Assembly: GCA_037379345.1 (NCBI GenBank)
Contig: CM074511.1
Span: 21,018,001 to 21,082,000 of the forward strand
DNA: 64,000 nt
Source of the DNA: Perna viridis
Taxonomy: Eukaryota
Direction of reading: 5' to 3'
Notes under the pieces: model-generated
What the model was told of the DNA's origin: nothing
The model's database searches: none
What the model saw: the letters and a program-made list of their open reading frames with translations, nothing else
Position numbers and translations under genes: made by a program
Shown: piece by piece, positions 1-13,706 of the stretch
Position numbering within the stretch: position 1 is the stretch's first letter
Layout of the letters: each line of letters opens with the position of its first letter

Positions 1-639
1 ATGATATTGCCTGAAACGTTGGTAATGCAGCGAGACGTATTCGATGGCAGATCTACGCAAGAAATATTTCCAATGTCTCAGACAATTTATCGATGATGCC
101 CTGTACATTAGCCGATATTACATTTATTTCCTTGAAGAATATGAACATTTTAACGCACATCAATGAATTGTTTAATTTTTGATGTAACGTCTCTTCTGAT
201 TGGTTAACATATTTTCGCAATTCATCTAATGGACGCAATTTTACCGTGCGATAGTAACGTTGTTTGCTGATAAACTTGATAAATTTTGAATTAAAAATTA
301 AGTTATATGGAATGAGTTGAGTGTAATATAATCGATTTCTTTACAATAACCTGAATGCATACGTAGAGTTATTTTCAAGTGTGCACCACATGATTCAGAT
401 TATTGCAGCATAGACCCGAAATATATTACAATCATTCCTTCAATACCACATACCCATGCTTTAATCAAAGGCATAAAGCTCCATTTCCATTGAACATCTC
501 CATATGCATGTAGTTTAAAAGTTAACGGGCTAGGGTCAGAGTGAACCTAATGACGCAAAGCATGTAGTTATCAGATGTAAATTGTATTTTAGTACAAATA
601 TAATCACATTAAATATGGCATTTTACTTTTGTAATTCAG

Positions 640-801
640 GTTATTCACATGGAGGAAGCTTCTGAACCTAAAAAGAAGATTTCAACCACATCGCTTCCAC
701 CCGAATACACGGCGGTTGAAAAAAAGAAAGCAAAGAAACCAACCAACACGTGGATGCCTCATCACAATGAAGTTAGACCGTTTAATACAAGCACAAAATA
801 G
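640..801 (+). CDS. Gene A, terminal exon of a Sushi-TM family member (upstream exons lie outside the window)
   Basis: Acceptor ttttgtaattcag| at 639, phase 0. Open frame VIHMEEASEPKKK...KKKAKKPTNTWMPHHNEVRPFNTSTK-TAG ends in the family C-terminal motif. Confidence 0.85.
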   Translation, partial: VIHMEEASEPKKKISTTSLPPEYTAVEKKKAKKPTNTWMPHHNEVRPFNTSTK

Positions 802-2899
802 AATAATTCCAATGCTTTTTCAACAAGTTTGCTTGTTTTTTTAGTGTTTCACGTCATTTGAATTTTGTCATTATTTTTCTTCGCCGGTTTAGGTTATTTA
901 AGCAATCAATTGTTCATATTTATTTTATTAATTCGAAAAGTAATTTTGGTTTCAATGTTGATATTGTTTTGTCTAATTCCACGCCAATCTTTGAAAATGT
1001 AGGTGGTATGTCCAATTATTGTTTATATTAATTTGATGGTAATTTTAGTTAAAAGTTGTCAATTTTGTCTAATGATATGTAAATTTTTAATGAGAAAAAC
1101 AGCTTGTTTCGTGTTTTTTTATTCTGTTTAGTCTGTGATTTGAGATAGATCTAATCATTGAATCTTCTTAGATAAAAATGAATATAATATTTTAATGAAA
1201 TAAAAGTCATCAATGATTGGATTAAAAAAGTATTGTTCCCATATGGATTCACTCAAGAAAATGTAACCACTTAAATAACGACATCTTAAGCAAAAATGTT
1301 TCAAACAAACGAATTTAAAATTATAAAAAACGGAAGGTCACTAAAAGATTCCAACAGATCACCACCCGAGTAAACTTTTCTTCAACATATAGTCAAACAG
1401 GATGCTGTCGCTGCAGTCTGAAATGAAATTCTACTACACGACATACCTATATAAAATTTGTATCAAATATATCTATTGGCTTTTGATAAGTGGATGAAAA
1501 GCGAAAAACGACACACGGAAGGACAAATACCATGGTCACTGTACAGCTCTTGTATTTAAAGCGGTGTATAAACGTAGGGGTTTGTGTCATGGCAGGTAGA
1601 ACTTGCAGAGAAAAGGAGTAAAACATGGACAATGTGAATTAGTGTTTAGTCAAATTGTTATTTTCCATCAATCCCACAAGTAAAATAAATTGTCAGATAC
1701 TATGCACTTTGTCACCAATTTGCAAAAATCTTTATTATAAATAAACATATGATAGAAACCTTAAAATATATACGAATGCTTTGTGCAGGTGGTACACACT
1801 GCGTCTCAAAAATTAACATTCCATGTTCTCGAAAAAAAGATATTGAGACAAAACTTTAGCAAAGTAAAGTGGTTGCATAAAGTCTGAGACCTTGGCTCAG
1901 ATCTTTTCTGTACATACATTTGAATGTAAGTTACACATAAAAAAAATGATATAACAGAATTTACATATGATAGAAACGTACTACTCTGTTCTATCTTTTT
2001 TGTTTAACGTCATTTACAATGTAATGTATTATAGGACATGAACAAACCTTGGTTTGTATTGTATCGAGTCGAGAATTAATATATAGGCAACAATCCGTGG
2101 AGAGCTATGTAACCAAACTCAGATCCGTCTTTCAAACTCTTAACAAACTAATCGCCAACTTTTTTAGATATGCTGCGAGCTTGGCGAGGAAGACATCCGT
2201 CAATTTGAAGTCTGGTTTGACAATGCCGGGAATGAAACCCATGATCTGCCCCCTCAAGCCGTGCTCCCTTGTAGGAGACCATCGAAGCGATTAGTTTAAA
2301 TTGAAGTGATGAAACTATTTGTATCGGTCTTGAATGGGTCTTAAAGTAAAATAGCTATACAAAACACAATTTGCATAGAAATCTCAGAAATAAAAACATG
2401 AAAAATTGGAAACAATGGTGGGAATGGAAATAAGGGGAATTTTTATCAAGGTATTTTGATGACTGAAAATATGATTTTGTGGAGAAAAAAACATAAATGG
2501 TAGAAATACAGACCTGGTGGAAAAGATGGGATAAAATAACATTATAAATGCAATGTTGTGCTCATATTTTTAGTCATTAATGTTCATGCAAACTTATTTA
2601 ATAGTAATCCATCACATGCATTTCGGTTTTCTTTCTATTTTGTGGGGATGGAGGGGTGGGGGTCCAGGAATTAAAAGTATAATTTTCATTGAAAAAAATC
2701 GTTGTATACGCAATTTCTCTCAGACTTAAATTATAATGTCTAAAGGTATATCACAAACCATTTATCCATTTGAGTAAGTTTATTTCGTTAACTTAATTTA
2801 TCACGACAGGGAACATATTGCACACAACTACTTGCTCATATTTTCCGTGTGTGTAGAACAACATGAGCATCTAACTTTTTCACCTTTTACCTTCTTAAA

Positions 2900-4175
2900 A
2901 CATTTAAATGGATACACTGAACGATCCACGAGTCCATGATGACGACCATAAAACTTCTGTAGTGATGACTTCAATCTTGTAGCAACATAACCCTGTTCCA
3001 GAAGCCAAGTTGTTAGAAGTCTAGCGCGATAAAAAAAGGTCAGCGTAGTAACTGCAAGCTCTGGCATACCCTAAGAGTTGTCATGTGAAAACTCTATACG
3101 CAGGTGCTGACAGGATGTTGCCACAGATGAGAGGAAAGTTGACAATTCTGAATGAGAAGTCATCACGTTTGTCGTAAAATTTAGTTAATAATTTTCCTTT
3201 ACCATCGATTTGTAGGTGTAGGTCAAGTGACATCACAGTGTCCGTAGTATCCTATGTCTCAAGTACTTTGGGGTAGATGGATGGGCTGTATCAAATACCC
3301 GAAACGATGATTGTTTAACGAAAATACATCATCTATATAGCGGAAACTGAGATTAAAGGATCTCGCTAAATGATGTTCTTTCTTTCGGATCAGATCAACC
3401 ATGAAGTCAGTCTCATAAGAGTGAAGGAATAGGTCAGCAAGTAGAGGAGCACAATTCGTTCACATTGGAATGCCGACCGTTTGTTGAAAAACGCGTCCAC
3501 CACAGTGAACAAATATGTTGTCAATCAAACATTCCAGCATTTCGAAAACATCTTCAGTCTATATTTTGAAGATGATTTGGAATTATGTTATATAAAGTAT
3601 GAGGAATCTCTACCAAGAACTATATATTTGTATCTAGGTGTACCATCTTTTTTGGAGAAACAACCATGTACAATATTTTTTAGTCGGGAATGAACTGAGT
3701 ATGAGGATAATAAGTATAAAGTGTTGAAAAATCATAGCTTTTAATGCTATTATATTCTGATAATAATCTTGAATTGAGGGTCACCAGAATGTCTTTCATC
3801 TTTTTTCAGGACTCACATTGAATTAATACCACTACGGGAGTAACAAGTGTTGTTGTAGGACTGGAGACTCTCTTTGACAGCTGTGAGTGTAGAAGTTAAA
3901 ACTTCTGAAAGAGGTTTCATTGGTGGTACATTTTGCAGATCCAGCTATGTAGTGTGTTTGTTTCTATTCTTGTTGAGCTTTGGAATCCAGTACAAAGACA
4001 GAAAATCACAATCATTGTCTTTGGTAGAGAGACCAAAAGGGGATAGCACGAATTTATGGTTTTCCACTATCTCTTCTTTGGAAAGTGTAGTGGCAGTATA
4101 GGTCTTATTAATGTAGCGGATAAAAACACTATCTAAGACCTCGTCTAAAACCAGTGTGTCAATACCATGAGAACT
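2900..4175 (-). mobile_element. Decayed Penelope-like retroelement RT
   Basis: Frameshifted RT pieces (LYWIPKL, TNCAPLLADLFL, RYIDD, KFYGRHH), near-identical to 22152-22751. Confidence 0.85.
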
Positions 4176-4570
4176 TGTCAAAAGTTATTCTTTTCTATTA
4201 TCTATGTGTTTGATAACACTTTTGTTTGTAGATTTTAATGGTAATTTTTAAACTAATGAAATGATACGTTTTTACTCAGTCACTCTATCAAAAACATAAT
4301 TCATCACTTCTTATGTTATAAATGTGCATCTCCAGTTTTGTATCATATACAACTTTTTATTTATATGCATGTTTTATGTTGTATACACTTTTATGCAGCA
4401 CAAATGGGATACTACATGTACATTCTGTTTTGGTCAGATTACTGAGTATAAGGGTCTTTTTCCCAATGTGTCACAGGGAATGTTGTACAATCCTACTTAC
4501 TTCCTTATTTCCTTGAACAAGGACTAAATTAATTTTAGTATAAAATTATTATTTTCTCTCACAATTTAAT

Positions 4571-4725
4571 TAAGGAATGTAACTTATATCTGAATGTATT
4601 ATCTTGTACAAAGAACTTAGGTTCGATTTACGTAGAATAAACCGCGAAGCGATTTATGTCCTGCCTAAATCGGACCAAAGTTCGTTAAACAAGGTAATAT
4701 ATTCAGATATTAGTTACATTCCTTA
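4571..4725. mobile_element. Fold-back (palindromic) MITE-like element
   Basis: taaggaatgtaac...tatctgaat at the left end pairs with attcagata...gttacattcctta at the right end. Imperfect symmetry continues to the centre cgcgaagcg. Confidence 0.65.
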
Positions 4726-6329
4726 TATATTATAATGTTTTGGCAAAAACTATGATATATTCATATTAGTTTATTCCAAAACGCACGCCTTTTTTCAGAC
4801 ACGGATTTTTCATTGGTAAAAGAAATCCGGTTAAAAGGGGTATGGTTTAAAGTTCATGACCTTGTTTATTGATCAGGTGATAGGAAAATTTTGTATCCAT
4901 GATCAAATAAAAACGACAGCATCTTTACGTATAGTAAAAAATGTCATATTAAATTGTATGTAAATATGAATTGGATTTTTTTTAATAATGTAAGTTATCA
5001 ATTATAGGTTGTCCAAAGTAGTGGCTCCAAGTATAGTAGTTTTTGCTTCATATATATAGATCAAAAGTTTGGTTGTAGCCAATTGCATGTGAACAATTGC
5101 ACACATTTTGAAGCTTGTTTTAGAATAATAACATGTATTTTCAAAGGCATTATATGTCATCTTTTTTGTAACCTCCCAAAAGGTACTTCTAATGGCAGGT
5201 ATGTTTTGAAGAAATAGGTCATATAGGCCATTAAAGTAGCCTTATAACATAATTTTAAAAACAGCAAACAGCAAAACAAAATCTGAATTCAAGTCCAACC
5301 TCAGGAAATTGCTTTACAGAAAATTTAAGAAAAAGTCGATTAACCAAAACTTGTGCATCAGTTGTTGATTTAGAAAAAAGAATGCCAAATAATCCAATAT
5401 TTCTTATTTTGTATTTCAGTGTGTCAAGTTTAGGAATATTAGTAGAAATTCAGTGTATTCATTGAGGATATGGAAAACCTTAGGATTCTAAATGACTAAA
5501 TATGTTACATTGTCATGTCCTTTGTACGGAATATTGGCCTCTATATAGATGGCGCTGCTTAGCGACTCTTTTCTTTATGATATGATGAGAATATTTTGAG
5601 ATGTACTAAGTATATTTAATATATATTCCCCACATGAAGCTACATTAATTTATCTGAGAAGTGCTTCTGAACCATTTTGCATGGATTTATCTTAGACAGG
5701 CACTTACAAAGAAGGATGTGAATATTTCTTTTGGGTTTGTTGGTAGGTGAAATTATTAGAAGATTAGATAGTAAGGCCATCAAATTTGTAAATTAAGGGA
5801 CTTTTTTAAAGAATAAAAAACATCAAAACATAAAACAGGAAGAAAGTCTACTTTCAATCTTGTCTGGGTACCTAAATATCGAACAGAAAAATACATCGAA
5901 ATCCCCCATGTATATGGCCTCACCGATTTTTTTAACTGTTTAAAATGTCTTGCAATTAAATAAGGCATGCATGTATCATATTTAATGGTAATTTCGGGCA
6001 GAGTGATAAAATATTCATTTACTCCATTATTGTATATAATAGAGTTCTCATGGCATTTTGTTTATAACGTCTTGCAATTCACAAACCTCAACTTAAAATT
6101 TCTCACAGTATATTATATATTATTTGTCATTTAGAATTTAGAATTTTTATTGATGTCGCGATAAAACAGGTTTAGAAGGTTAGTATATTTATTTATTTTT
6201 TGTTTGTTTGTTTTGTTTTTGTTTTGTTCTGGTAGACTTTTACAAACTCAATAATCTAAATAAATAGGAAATAACAACATTTCAAAGCCATTTTTAAATA
6301 TTTTAAGAAAAACTTATTCGAACAAAACT

Positions 6330-7056
6330 GACCCCGTGCGGGTCCGGGTGTAATACAATAGGCTCATAGCAGCGCCAAGCTCGTTGAGGAAAGCGACTAA
6401 ATAGTGTTTAGAATCCTGGTGGTGGAATGGGGTACCCCTGGCATGCTTCATGCTGGGGTTGTCAGGCTCTGGTGGTGGAATGGGGTACCTCTGGCATGCT
6501 TCATGCTGGGGTTGTCAGGCCCTGGTGGTGGAATGGGGTACCCCTGGCAAGCTACATGCTGGGGTTGTCAGGCAATGGTGGTGGAATGGGGTATCCCTGG
6601 CATGCTACATGCTGGGGTTGTCAGGCCCTGGTGGTGGAGTGGGGTACCCCTGACATGCTTCATGCTGGGGTTGTCAGGCCCTGGTAGTGGCATGGGGTAC
6701 CCCTTGCATGCTTCATGCTGGGGTGTCAGGCCATAATACGTAAAACCTGACCGCAGACCATAGTGGTGCAACGTGTTGGTTAAGATGCCACGTTCCTCGC
6801 ACATTAAAGAACCCTTCTCTGGTATTCGATAGGATTAAGAACCCTTGGTTGCCCCTAACGGAGGCTTAATTATCCGTCCCTACATCCTCTCCCTATTTCC
6901 AGTGGCAATCAAAATTTGTCGACCGTATAAACCTTGTTTCCTATCCCATTTTTCATTTTTTCATCAATTCATGTTCATTTTATCATCCATTTCATGTTCA
7001 TCGCGCGGATGTAGCTGATATATTGCTGCTTGGGCGTTAAACCATAACAATCAATC
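6330..7056 (+). mobile_element. SINE-like interspersed repeat carrying an internal minisatellite
   Basis: Homologous to two copies at 30435-31245. Ends in attgctg...ggcgttaaac...caatcaatca. Confidence 0.7.
6415..6732. repeat. 53-bp tandem repeat, about 6 copies
   Basis: Unit cctggtggtggaatggggtacccctggcatgcttcatgctggggttgtcaggc. Confidence 0.95.
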
Positions 7057-7296
7057 AGACGAAACTGAAATATTTGCGAGTTTTAATCAAATGTTCATAG
7101 TATTTACATTTTTGCTTATTACTATAATTCATTAAAATCAATTTTATTTTTTCTGTGAGTGGTTTATTTTACAATTGATTTTTACAACCTTTCTTATGGT
7201 ATGCTCACACTGTTTTCATTAAAATAAATAATAACTTATTTTAAAAAACACATGAGGCACGAGAATTGTTTTACTTTTGAATAGCTTGATATTACA

Positions 7297-7513
7297 ATGA
7301 TGAACTGTGGTGACCCCCCAGCTTTGTCTGCAGCAACGTATGTAGTCGTGCGCAATGTTGTAACTTACACATGTAACCAAGGTTATAAAATGGTTGGCGA
7401 TGCAGATAAGGTGACTTGCCAAGCAGAAAACTGGGTTGGTACGAAGCCGGAATGCCAATTTCAAGAAAATAGTGCAAAAATCTATAACCTGACAAACGCT
7501 CATGATGCAGAAG
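7297..7513 (+). CDS. Gene B exon 1: Sushi/CCP domain
   Basis: MMNCGDPP...YTCNQGYKMVG...TC...W...PEC has the CCP pattern of 4 Cys plus Trp. Phase-1 donor gaag|gtactt. Confidence 0.88.
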
Positions 7514-8184
7514 GTACTTTTAACATTTAATACTGTGAAAGAACTATTAATCAAAGGTATTAAATTTTGTGATTTGTCTTAATTTTCTTATTTTGTTAAT
7601 TCTTCGTTTCTTTTAAACAGTATAGTTTCCGTTAGAAGTTAGAATCTCTAATAAAATCGCAACACAAAATTCACAAGACTGTTGCCCAACGAATAATTCA
7701 TATATAAATCAGTTTTAGTGGAGTCCGAGTTGCTGATTTACTTATGTTGATTTGTATGTTTTATTTTAATTATTTTTTCTTTGTTTTGTGTGTCTGTTTT
7801 CTATGGCTGGTCTTTGTTCCTGGATTACGTTCTTTTGATATCCGCTATAATCTTTGTTCCCTCGATTATTTTTTCAGTGTTGATTGGGCATCCAAATCAA
7901 TGAAATATTTCGTTAAATATTTTTATTTGATTCTTCAAATGTAATGTGGCGACTGAAATAATGAGCAAAACTGTATTATAATGTAAACTATTTCTAATAT
8001 TGTGATATAACTTAACATCTTACTCCATTACACATTACATGCTACAAGAACAGCTTTGTTATTTAAAAGGCTATTTTAAGAATAAGTAAGAAAGGATTAT
8101 TTAATAATTTTACATTTTTTAAATGAGAAAATAGCTTTTCATCATTTCGTTTTTAAATCATAACTTTTCAATTATATTTTACAG

Positions 8185-8281
8185 TACCTTATTGGTTGTT
8201 GTACTTGTTTGCTAGTGTAGCAGTTTTTGCGATAATATTGTCTGTGTGCGGCATTGTTTACATTTGTCTGAATTGTCATGG
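8185..8281 (+). CDS. Gene B exon 2: transmembrane helix
   Basis: ttttacag| ... |gtatgt, 97 nt, phase 1 to 2. Encodes VPYWLLYLFASVAVFAIILSVCGIVYICLNCHG. Confidence 0.88.
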
Positions 8282-9003
8282 GTATGTTTCATTATTTTGT
8301 TAACTACAGTAATTTGGTTATACTGCAGTAGGAGCATAGGCGATCGTCTTCATAGTGAACCATATAAAACAATGACACATCAATAATTCTACAATTTCGA
8401 GTAAAAATTCCCGATTTTCAAACAATCTAAAATTTAAAATTTAAGGAAGGATTTGGAAAAATATACAGGAACGTACTTCAAACAAGACTTGTACTTACAA
8501 ATAATACTACTTAACAGAGGAGCAAATTCAAAGGAAAAATAGATTTCAGGAAATCGAAAATTGAAACTGTAGTATTATAATTGATTGAAGCCAGGAGTTC
8601 GTGTTTTTAAATTACAATGTCATTAAATTAGACACCGATGAACAACAATAATGCGAATACCAATGTAGATGTATCAAATATGAAAAGTTTGTTTTTCTAG
8701 TATTGTTTTCACTTAAGATACTGTGTATCAATGTAAAAAAATCCACAAAAAAGTGTCATGTTTATGAAAGTATATTTTGTACAAAATTCCATTCCATCGA
8801 CACGTAAAATTTGAAAGAAAGGCAGTGTTGCTCAAATGAAATCCATAAACTAACAAAATTTGCATGAACCATGTAAATTGATACCCACGCATGGACACCA
8901 TGGTTAGAACTAGGAAAGGGATATTTATGATCCACAGAGGACAACGGATATGTAAAAACAGACAAAACACTATTTATTAAACAAATTAACCAAAAGAATA
9001 GAC

Positions 9004-9133
9004 CCTTTCGTGGTAAGTTGATGAGCATGCTCAATATACACTTCCGTGAGGTAGGCCTTGAGTAGAACGAAAGAGTTTATATTGAGTATGCTCTATACAT
9101 GCTCATAGACTTTCCCACAGTTAGCACGAAAGG
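9004..9133. repeat. Imperfect palindrome / fold-back remnant in gene B intron 2
   Basis: cctttcgtggtaa pairs with ttagcacgaaagg; gagcatgctcaatata pairs with tatattgagtatgctc. Confidence 0.55.
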
Positions 9134-9743
9134 ATGTATACACACAGAACCAGGTAACTGGGAAACAAAGATAGGGCAAAGGTCCTGTTTTGTTCTTATT
9201 TAATAACCAACAACCGCCTCATTGCTAATATGATGTCCAATCGGAACTCATCAGCCTTTCTAGTTACACCGAATAAAAACCTCGGAGGCACTAGGCGAAA
9301 GAATCTGTCCGGAATTTTGACCGATCCGATTCAATTATTGTAGCTTTACTAGTTGAAATTTTTACCTTTACAATTTTTCCAAGCTCCTCGCTACGAGCCA
9401 AAATTCCTGACTGAGTTATTACTCTTGTGATATTTACCAATTTTGTTAGCGCCACCTGGTGGATAGAACTACTTTGAGGTGCGTATGACTATAGTTCCGG
9501 CAATTTTTTTAAGAAGAAATTCTCCTTTCTGCATCCGAGATTATTTTTAGGAAAGCGGAAATGGCTGAGCAGTTGCGATTAATATGATGTCAAGTAGAGG
9601 GAAACTGTGAAATTGAAAAAAAAAAAAGACTTCATGATGTCTACCTAAAACTTAAGAAGTGTTGTCTTAGTAGTGTGACAAAAATTGTTCCAATAAATTA
9701 TTATGAGAAGTTTAGAAGTATCTTCTAAGTATTGTTTATTTAG

Positions 9744-9882
9744 TTGTTTGCCTTTCCTTTGGTGGCTACGTGAAGATGACACCTCCCTAACCTGTCAAAA
9801 AAATAATCAGGTTGATGAAGAAACGAGCAAAGAACAAAAAAGTATAACGTTCACTGATCAAACATATAGATCTGGACACGAG
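9744..9882 (+). CDS. Gene B exon 3: cytoplasmic linker
   Basis: tttatttag| ... gag|gtgagt, 139 nt, phase 2 to 0. Encodes CLPFLWWLREDD...TDQTYRSGHE. Confidence 0.8.
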
Positions 9883-10127
9883 GTGAGTAAAGCTATTTCC
9901 TCCAATAGAGTCATTTAGACTCTGTAATGTATAAAACTGATATGAACTATAAAAAAAATGTTTTAAGTAAACGAAAACAAAGATAATAAACTATCACATT
10001 GATGTCTACTTTTTTTCACTTTGTTCACATTAAAGATAAGTGAACAAAAATGTGTCTATTGATATGTCATCAACTGAGAGTACGAAACTAAAATATATCG
10101 ATCGTTTGTATAACTTCTTATATCTAG

Positions 10128-10283
10128 TTAATGGTTGAGGAGAGGGAGACGAATGCTGAAAATAAGTCAGTGACCAGATTTTATCACCTACGGCCAGAGA
10201 AACTCCGAAAGAAAGCAAAGGCCATTGAGGTTTGGATGCCACACAGCCATGAAATCAGAAAAATTAATACAAGCACAAAGTAA
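10128..10283 (+). CDS. Gene B exon 4 (terminal); spliced product about 202 aa
   Basis: ttcttatatctag|, phase 0. Encodes LMVEERE...RKKAKAIEVWMPHSHEIRKINTSTK-TAA. AATAAA near 10383. Confidence 0.85.
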   Translation, partial: LMVEERETNAENKSVTRFYHLRPEKLRKKAKAIEVWMPHSHEIRKINTSTK

Positions 10284-11582
10284 TTGATTTGTAACACTAA
10301 ATATCTTGTTTATATATAAATACTTTATTTTTGGATTTGTAGCTCGGTTTGATTATGTAAGATATTGTTTTTAATTCATATAAATAAAATTGAAGATGCT
10401 TTTAATTGTAATTCTATTGTTAACTAACATCTTGTAAAAATGTTATGTAATTTTTACTGTAGCTTCTTCAAGAATAGAGCATCATTTATGTCAAGTAATT
10501 TTCCAATGCTTATTAGGACAAGCAAAAAGTAAATTTATTTTCACTTGAAAAGTTTGATTTGAATGAACACACATAAATTAAAAATAATATAAATTAAAAA
10601 CATCACTGTTCATAATATTCGCATTAAATAAAGATATAAAGAAGAGTGTGGTACATTTTTAGGTATCTTGATGAGATTTTCATAGTCCTCACTTCATTTG
10701 GATAAAACATTTTATATGTCATTAACCGAAGTTCAGTTTTCTACCTGATAATATTTTGTCGCTTCACTATTATGTTAGTAAAAGTACAGTAACAAACATA
10801 TAGTCCTTTGCCCGATGAACCCGACGAAAATACACTCTTCATAGAGATTGTATTGTATGCCTTGGTTCGAATGATACAGCTGTTGAGGTGAAAGGGCAAA
10901 TACAAAATTGGTAAGTTTTTTTCATTACTTTTTATTTGTACACTGCAAACAAAAAAGGAAACATTTTTTTAAAGGAGAAAACAATGGTAACGATAGTTAC
11001 ATCCATCGAAAAGTTAAGAACAAAATCCCATAAACTAAGACAAAACAAGAAGCAAGAAAAGCGGACATAGAAACAACAAGCACCATACAGAAACCAAAAA
11101 GACAGATCCATAAATAAAAAATACCAATCATATAAATATTGCAAATTTGGAATGTTTACTTTTTAATGTTGATGTTGTTGCTATTTGGGGGTATATTTGG
11201 TATGTTTGGTATGTTATGATTAATTTCTAAAAAGGGATCCAGACCTAGAAATATAGAAACTGGTATCAGGCTATTATTTGCTAATTGTTTGTTATAGTTT
11301 TGCACAAAATCAACAAAACTGTCCAATTGATAAGGTGTTCCACGAACTACTCGCTCACTCTTCCTAGATCCGCGCTTGTGAAAAACTTGTACAAAAAACA
11401 GAAACAAAAACTAGACCAAACAAACAAAATTTCTATGGTAACATGGACAAGGTGTACCAATACATGTACATTATTTCTAATTTGAAAGGCAAGAAACAAA
11501 ACAAATTCAAAACAGAAGAATAGACAACTTGATAATATATAACATCAAAACGAACTGAGGGTAAACTGAAAGAAATTTAAAT

Positions 11583-11715
11583 ATACTAACATGGTGACAT
11601 GAAACATACTAGCATGGTGACATGAATATATACCTGGATGGTGACATGAATATACTAGCATGGTGACATGAAACATACTAGCATGGTGACATGAACATGC
11701 TCCTGAAAGTGACGT
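11583..11715. repeat. Minisatellite, 22-25 bp unit
   Basis: atactagcatggtgacatgaa, 5-6 copies. Confidence 0.9.
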
Positions 11716-12173
11716 GTACTCAAAATCAAAATGAATAATTTGCTTAATTGTTGCTTAATTTTGTCAGCAAAAATATAACTTTTAGGTTTGTCTTTTTTCT
11801 ATGATATAACATAACTAGAACATGTTCAGTACTCAGTGCCATGGTAAATCATTGTATATTTAATTGTCGGTATCCTTAATATGAAAATGTTTTGATACTT
11901 AAATAAATGGTTTGAAAGCTCTGGTCTGAGCACCATAAAACTTAAAAAAAACAATGCTGACTGAGAATATTCTTAATTTCCATGATAACTCCAATCGAAG
12001 TCTTTGAAATTAAAAAACGTTTCTCAGACTTTGAAGTTTTGTGGTGTTGGGGGCCTGAACTAAAGTTTCTACTTCTGAGCTTTATAGTACTGATACATTG
12101 TGGCTTTATTTTATACTTCAAACGTTAAAAACCTACTAGTACTTTGGAAATCTCTGTAAACGTTTCAGCTAGA

Positions 12174-12375
12174 ATGACTACGTGTCCTGCACAGGCACCA
12201 GCTATTTCTGGCGGATTTAGTACTGTTGTCGGCGATGATGCAACATACACTTGCAATTTTGGATTTAAGATGTCCGGAAGTCCAAACATAGTATGCTCAG
12301 AAGGAGCTTGGGTTGGACCGTTTCCAGAATGTATCCTGATAAATTCCGACAGCACTTATGTATTAGATTTAATGA
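12174..12375 (+). CDS. Gene C exon 1: Sushi/CCP domain
   Basis: MTTCPAQAP...YTCNFGFKMSGSPNIVC...WVGPFPEC. Two possible phase-1 donors, after 12375 (gtgaga) or after 12381 (gtaggt). Confidence 0.85.
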
Positions 12376-12825
12376 GTGAGAGTAGGTATCTTAGACGCAA
12401 GTGATCCATGTTTTATTTTTTTTTATCAGAGTATACAGGCATAAAAGTAATTATATATATATATATACTGTAATTTGTCATCGAATTATTTATCTAACTA
12501 TATAAATATATCTAAAAAAAAAAAAAAAAACAAATCCGCATACCATCGAAGAATATCAAATATCAATTTTCTGCTACCTTCTCTGTTGTTTTTCAAATAA
12601 AACAGGCTTAAAGATACTGTTCATGTTGTTAAAAATTCAAATGAAATTCTTTTCTTTTATCATTTGTCAAATTTTACTTTTTTCGTCAAGTACTTTTGTT
12701 TTGTTTTTTTTTTATGTTTTGTTTTGTTTTGTTTTTTTTTTTTTTGTTGTTGATTTGTTTTTTTTTGTGTTTTTTTTTGTTTTGCCTCTAATATATTACT
12801 GATAGAAAAATATATTTTGTTACAG

Positions 12826-12922
12826 TGCCCCTTTGGATGATAATACTGATAGCTTTAGTAACTGCTCTGGTTATTCTGGCTTTGTGTTGTTGTGTTATAG
12901 GCATGGTTTGGAGGATGTGTAG
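12826..12922 (+). CDS. Gene C exon 2: transmembrane helix
   Basis: ttttgttacag| ... ag|gtaatc, 97 nt (same length as gene B). Encodes PLWMIILIALVTALVILALCCCVIGMVWRMCR. Confidence 0.88.
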
Positions 12923-13549
12923 GTAATCAAGTACAAAATGAAGAACATTCCTTGAAAAAAAAAAACGTAACAAAAAAAATTAGTAGTTAGTATTTATCAC
13001 AATAGGGGAACAAAACTGGGATATTGTTACTTGCGTTTCAATGATTATATCAATGATACTGAATTGTCTTTATTTCTAAGTGACATTTATATAAATAAGA
13101 TTTTTAACTGCGTAAAATATTTTATACGTTTGCTCAGTATACGCCATCGTTCTATATGTTACTTACGTTCCAATCCGTAGATATGCCGTAATGGAGTATT
13201 CAGGTATTGCATTGATTTAATTGGTAGAGCATGTATTTAGTACGCATGCCATAATTAGCCCCAATAATGAAGTGATAAAGACTCTTGCATCTTTTTATCT
13301 ATTGACGTCTTTCCTCAGTTATCAGTCGTGGTTTCTCCTATCTCCGGCCCAGTCACACTACTTGACTTTAAAATCGGTAGTCACAATTTCTCCGCCAGGC
13401 ACGCAGCATTTAGAATATAGGAGACGGCTGGTTGGTAGGAATAATGTGTCTGCGTTGGTAACAGACTGGCTTACCGACTAAGAGATGCTCTTGTGAACTA
13501 GCACATGCACAATCTGGCTCAACATGTCAAATTATTATATTCTATGTAG

Positions 13550-13706
13550 ATCTGAGGATGAGAGTAAAGTGGCGACAAATCAAAGTTTGGATAGACATGG
13601 ACCTGGAAGACTGGACAATAGAAACCAGTCTGATAATACTGTACAGAATGGAAGTCTCCATGAACGCACTGATCATGAAATATCGCCACAAGGTAAAACA
13701 AAAGAG
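13550..13706 (+). CDS. Gene C exon 3: cytoplasmic linker
   Basis: tattctatgtag|, phase 2. Encodes hydrophilic SEDESKVATN...SPQGKTKE. Phase-0 donor gag|gtgggt; alternative phase-1 donor after 13692. Confidence 0.75.

Noticed and set aside
6404-6804. Overlapping repetitive ORFs; possible CRISPR-like array
   Set aside because: These are translations of a 53-bp tandem repeat with no unique spacers and no cas genes, in a eukaryotic context.
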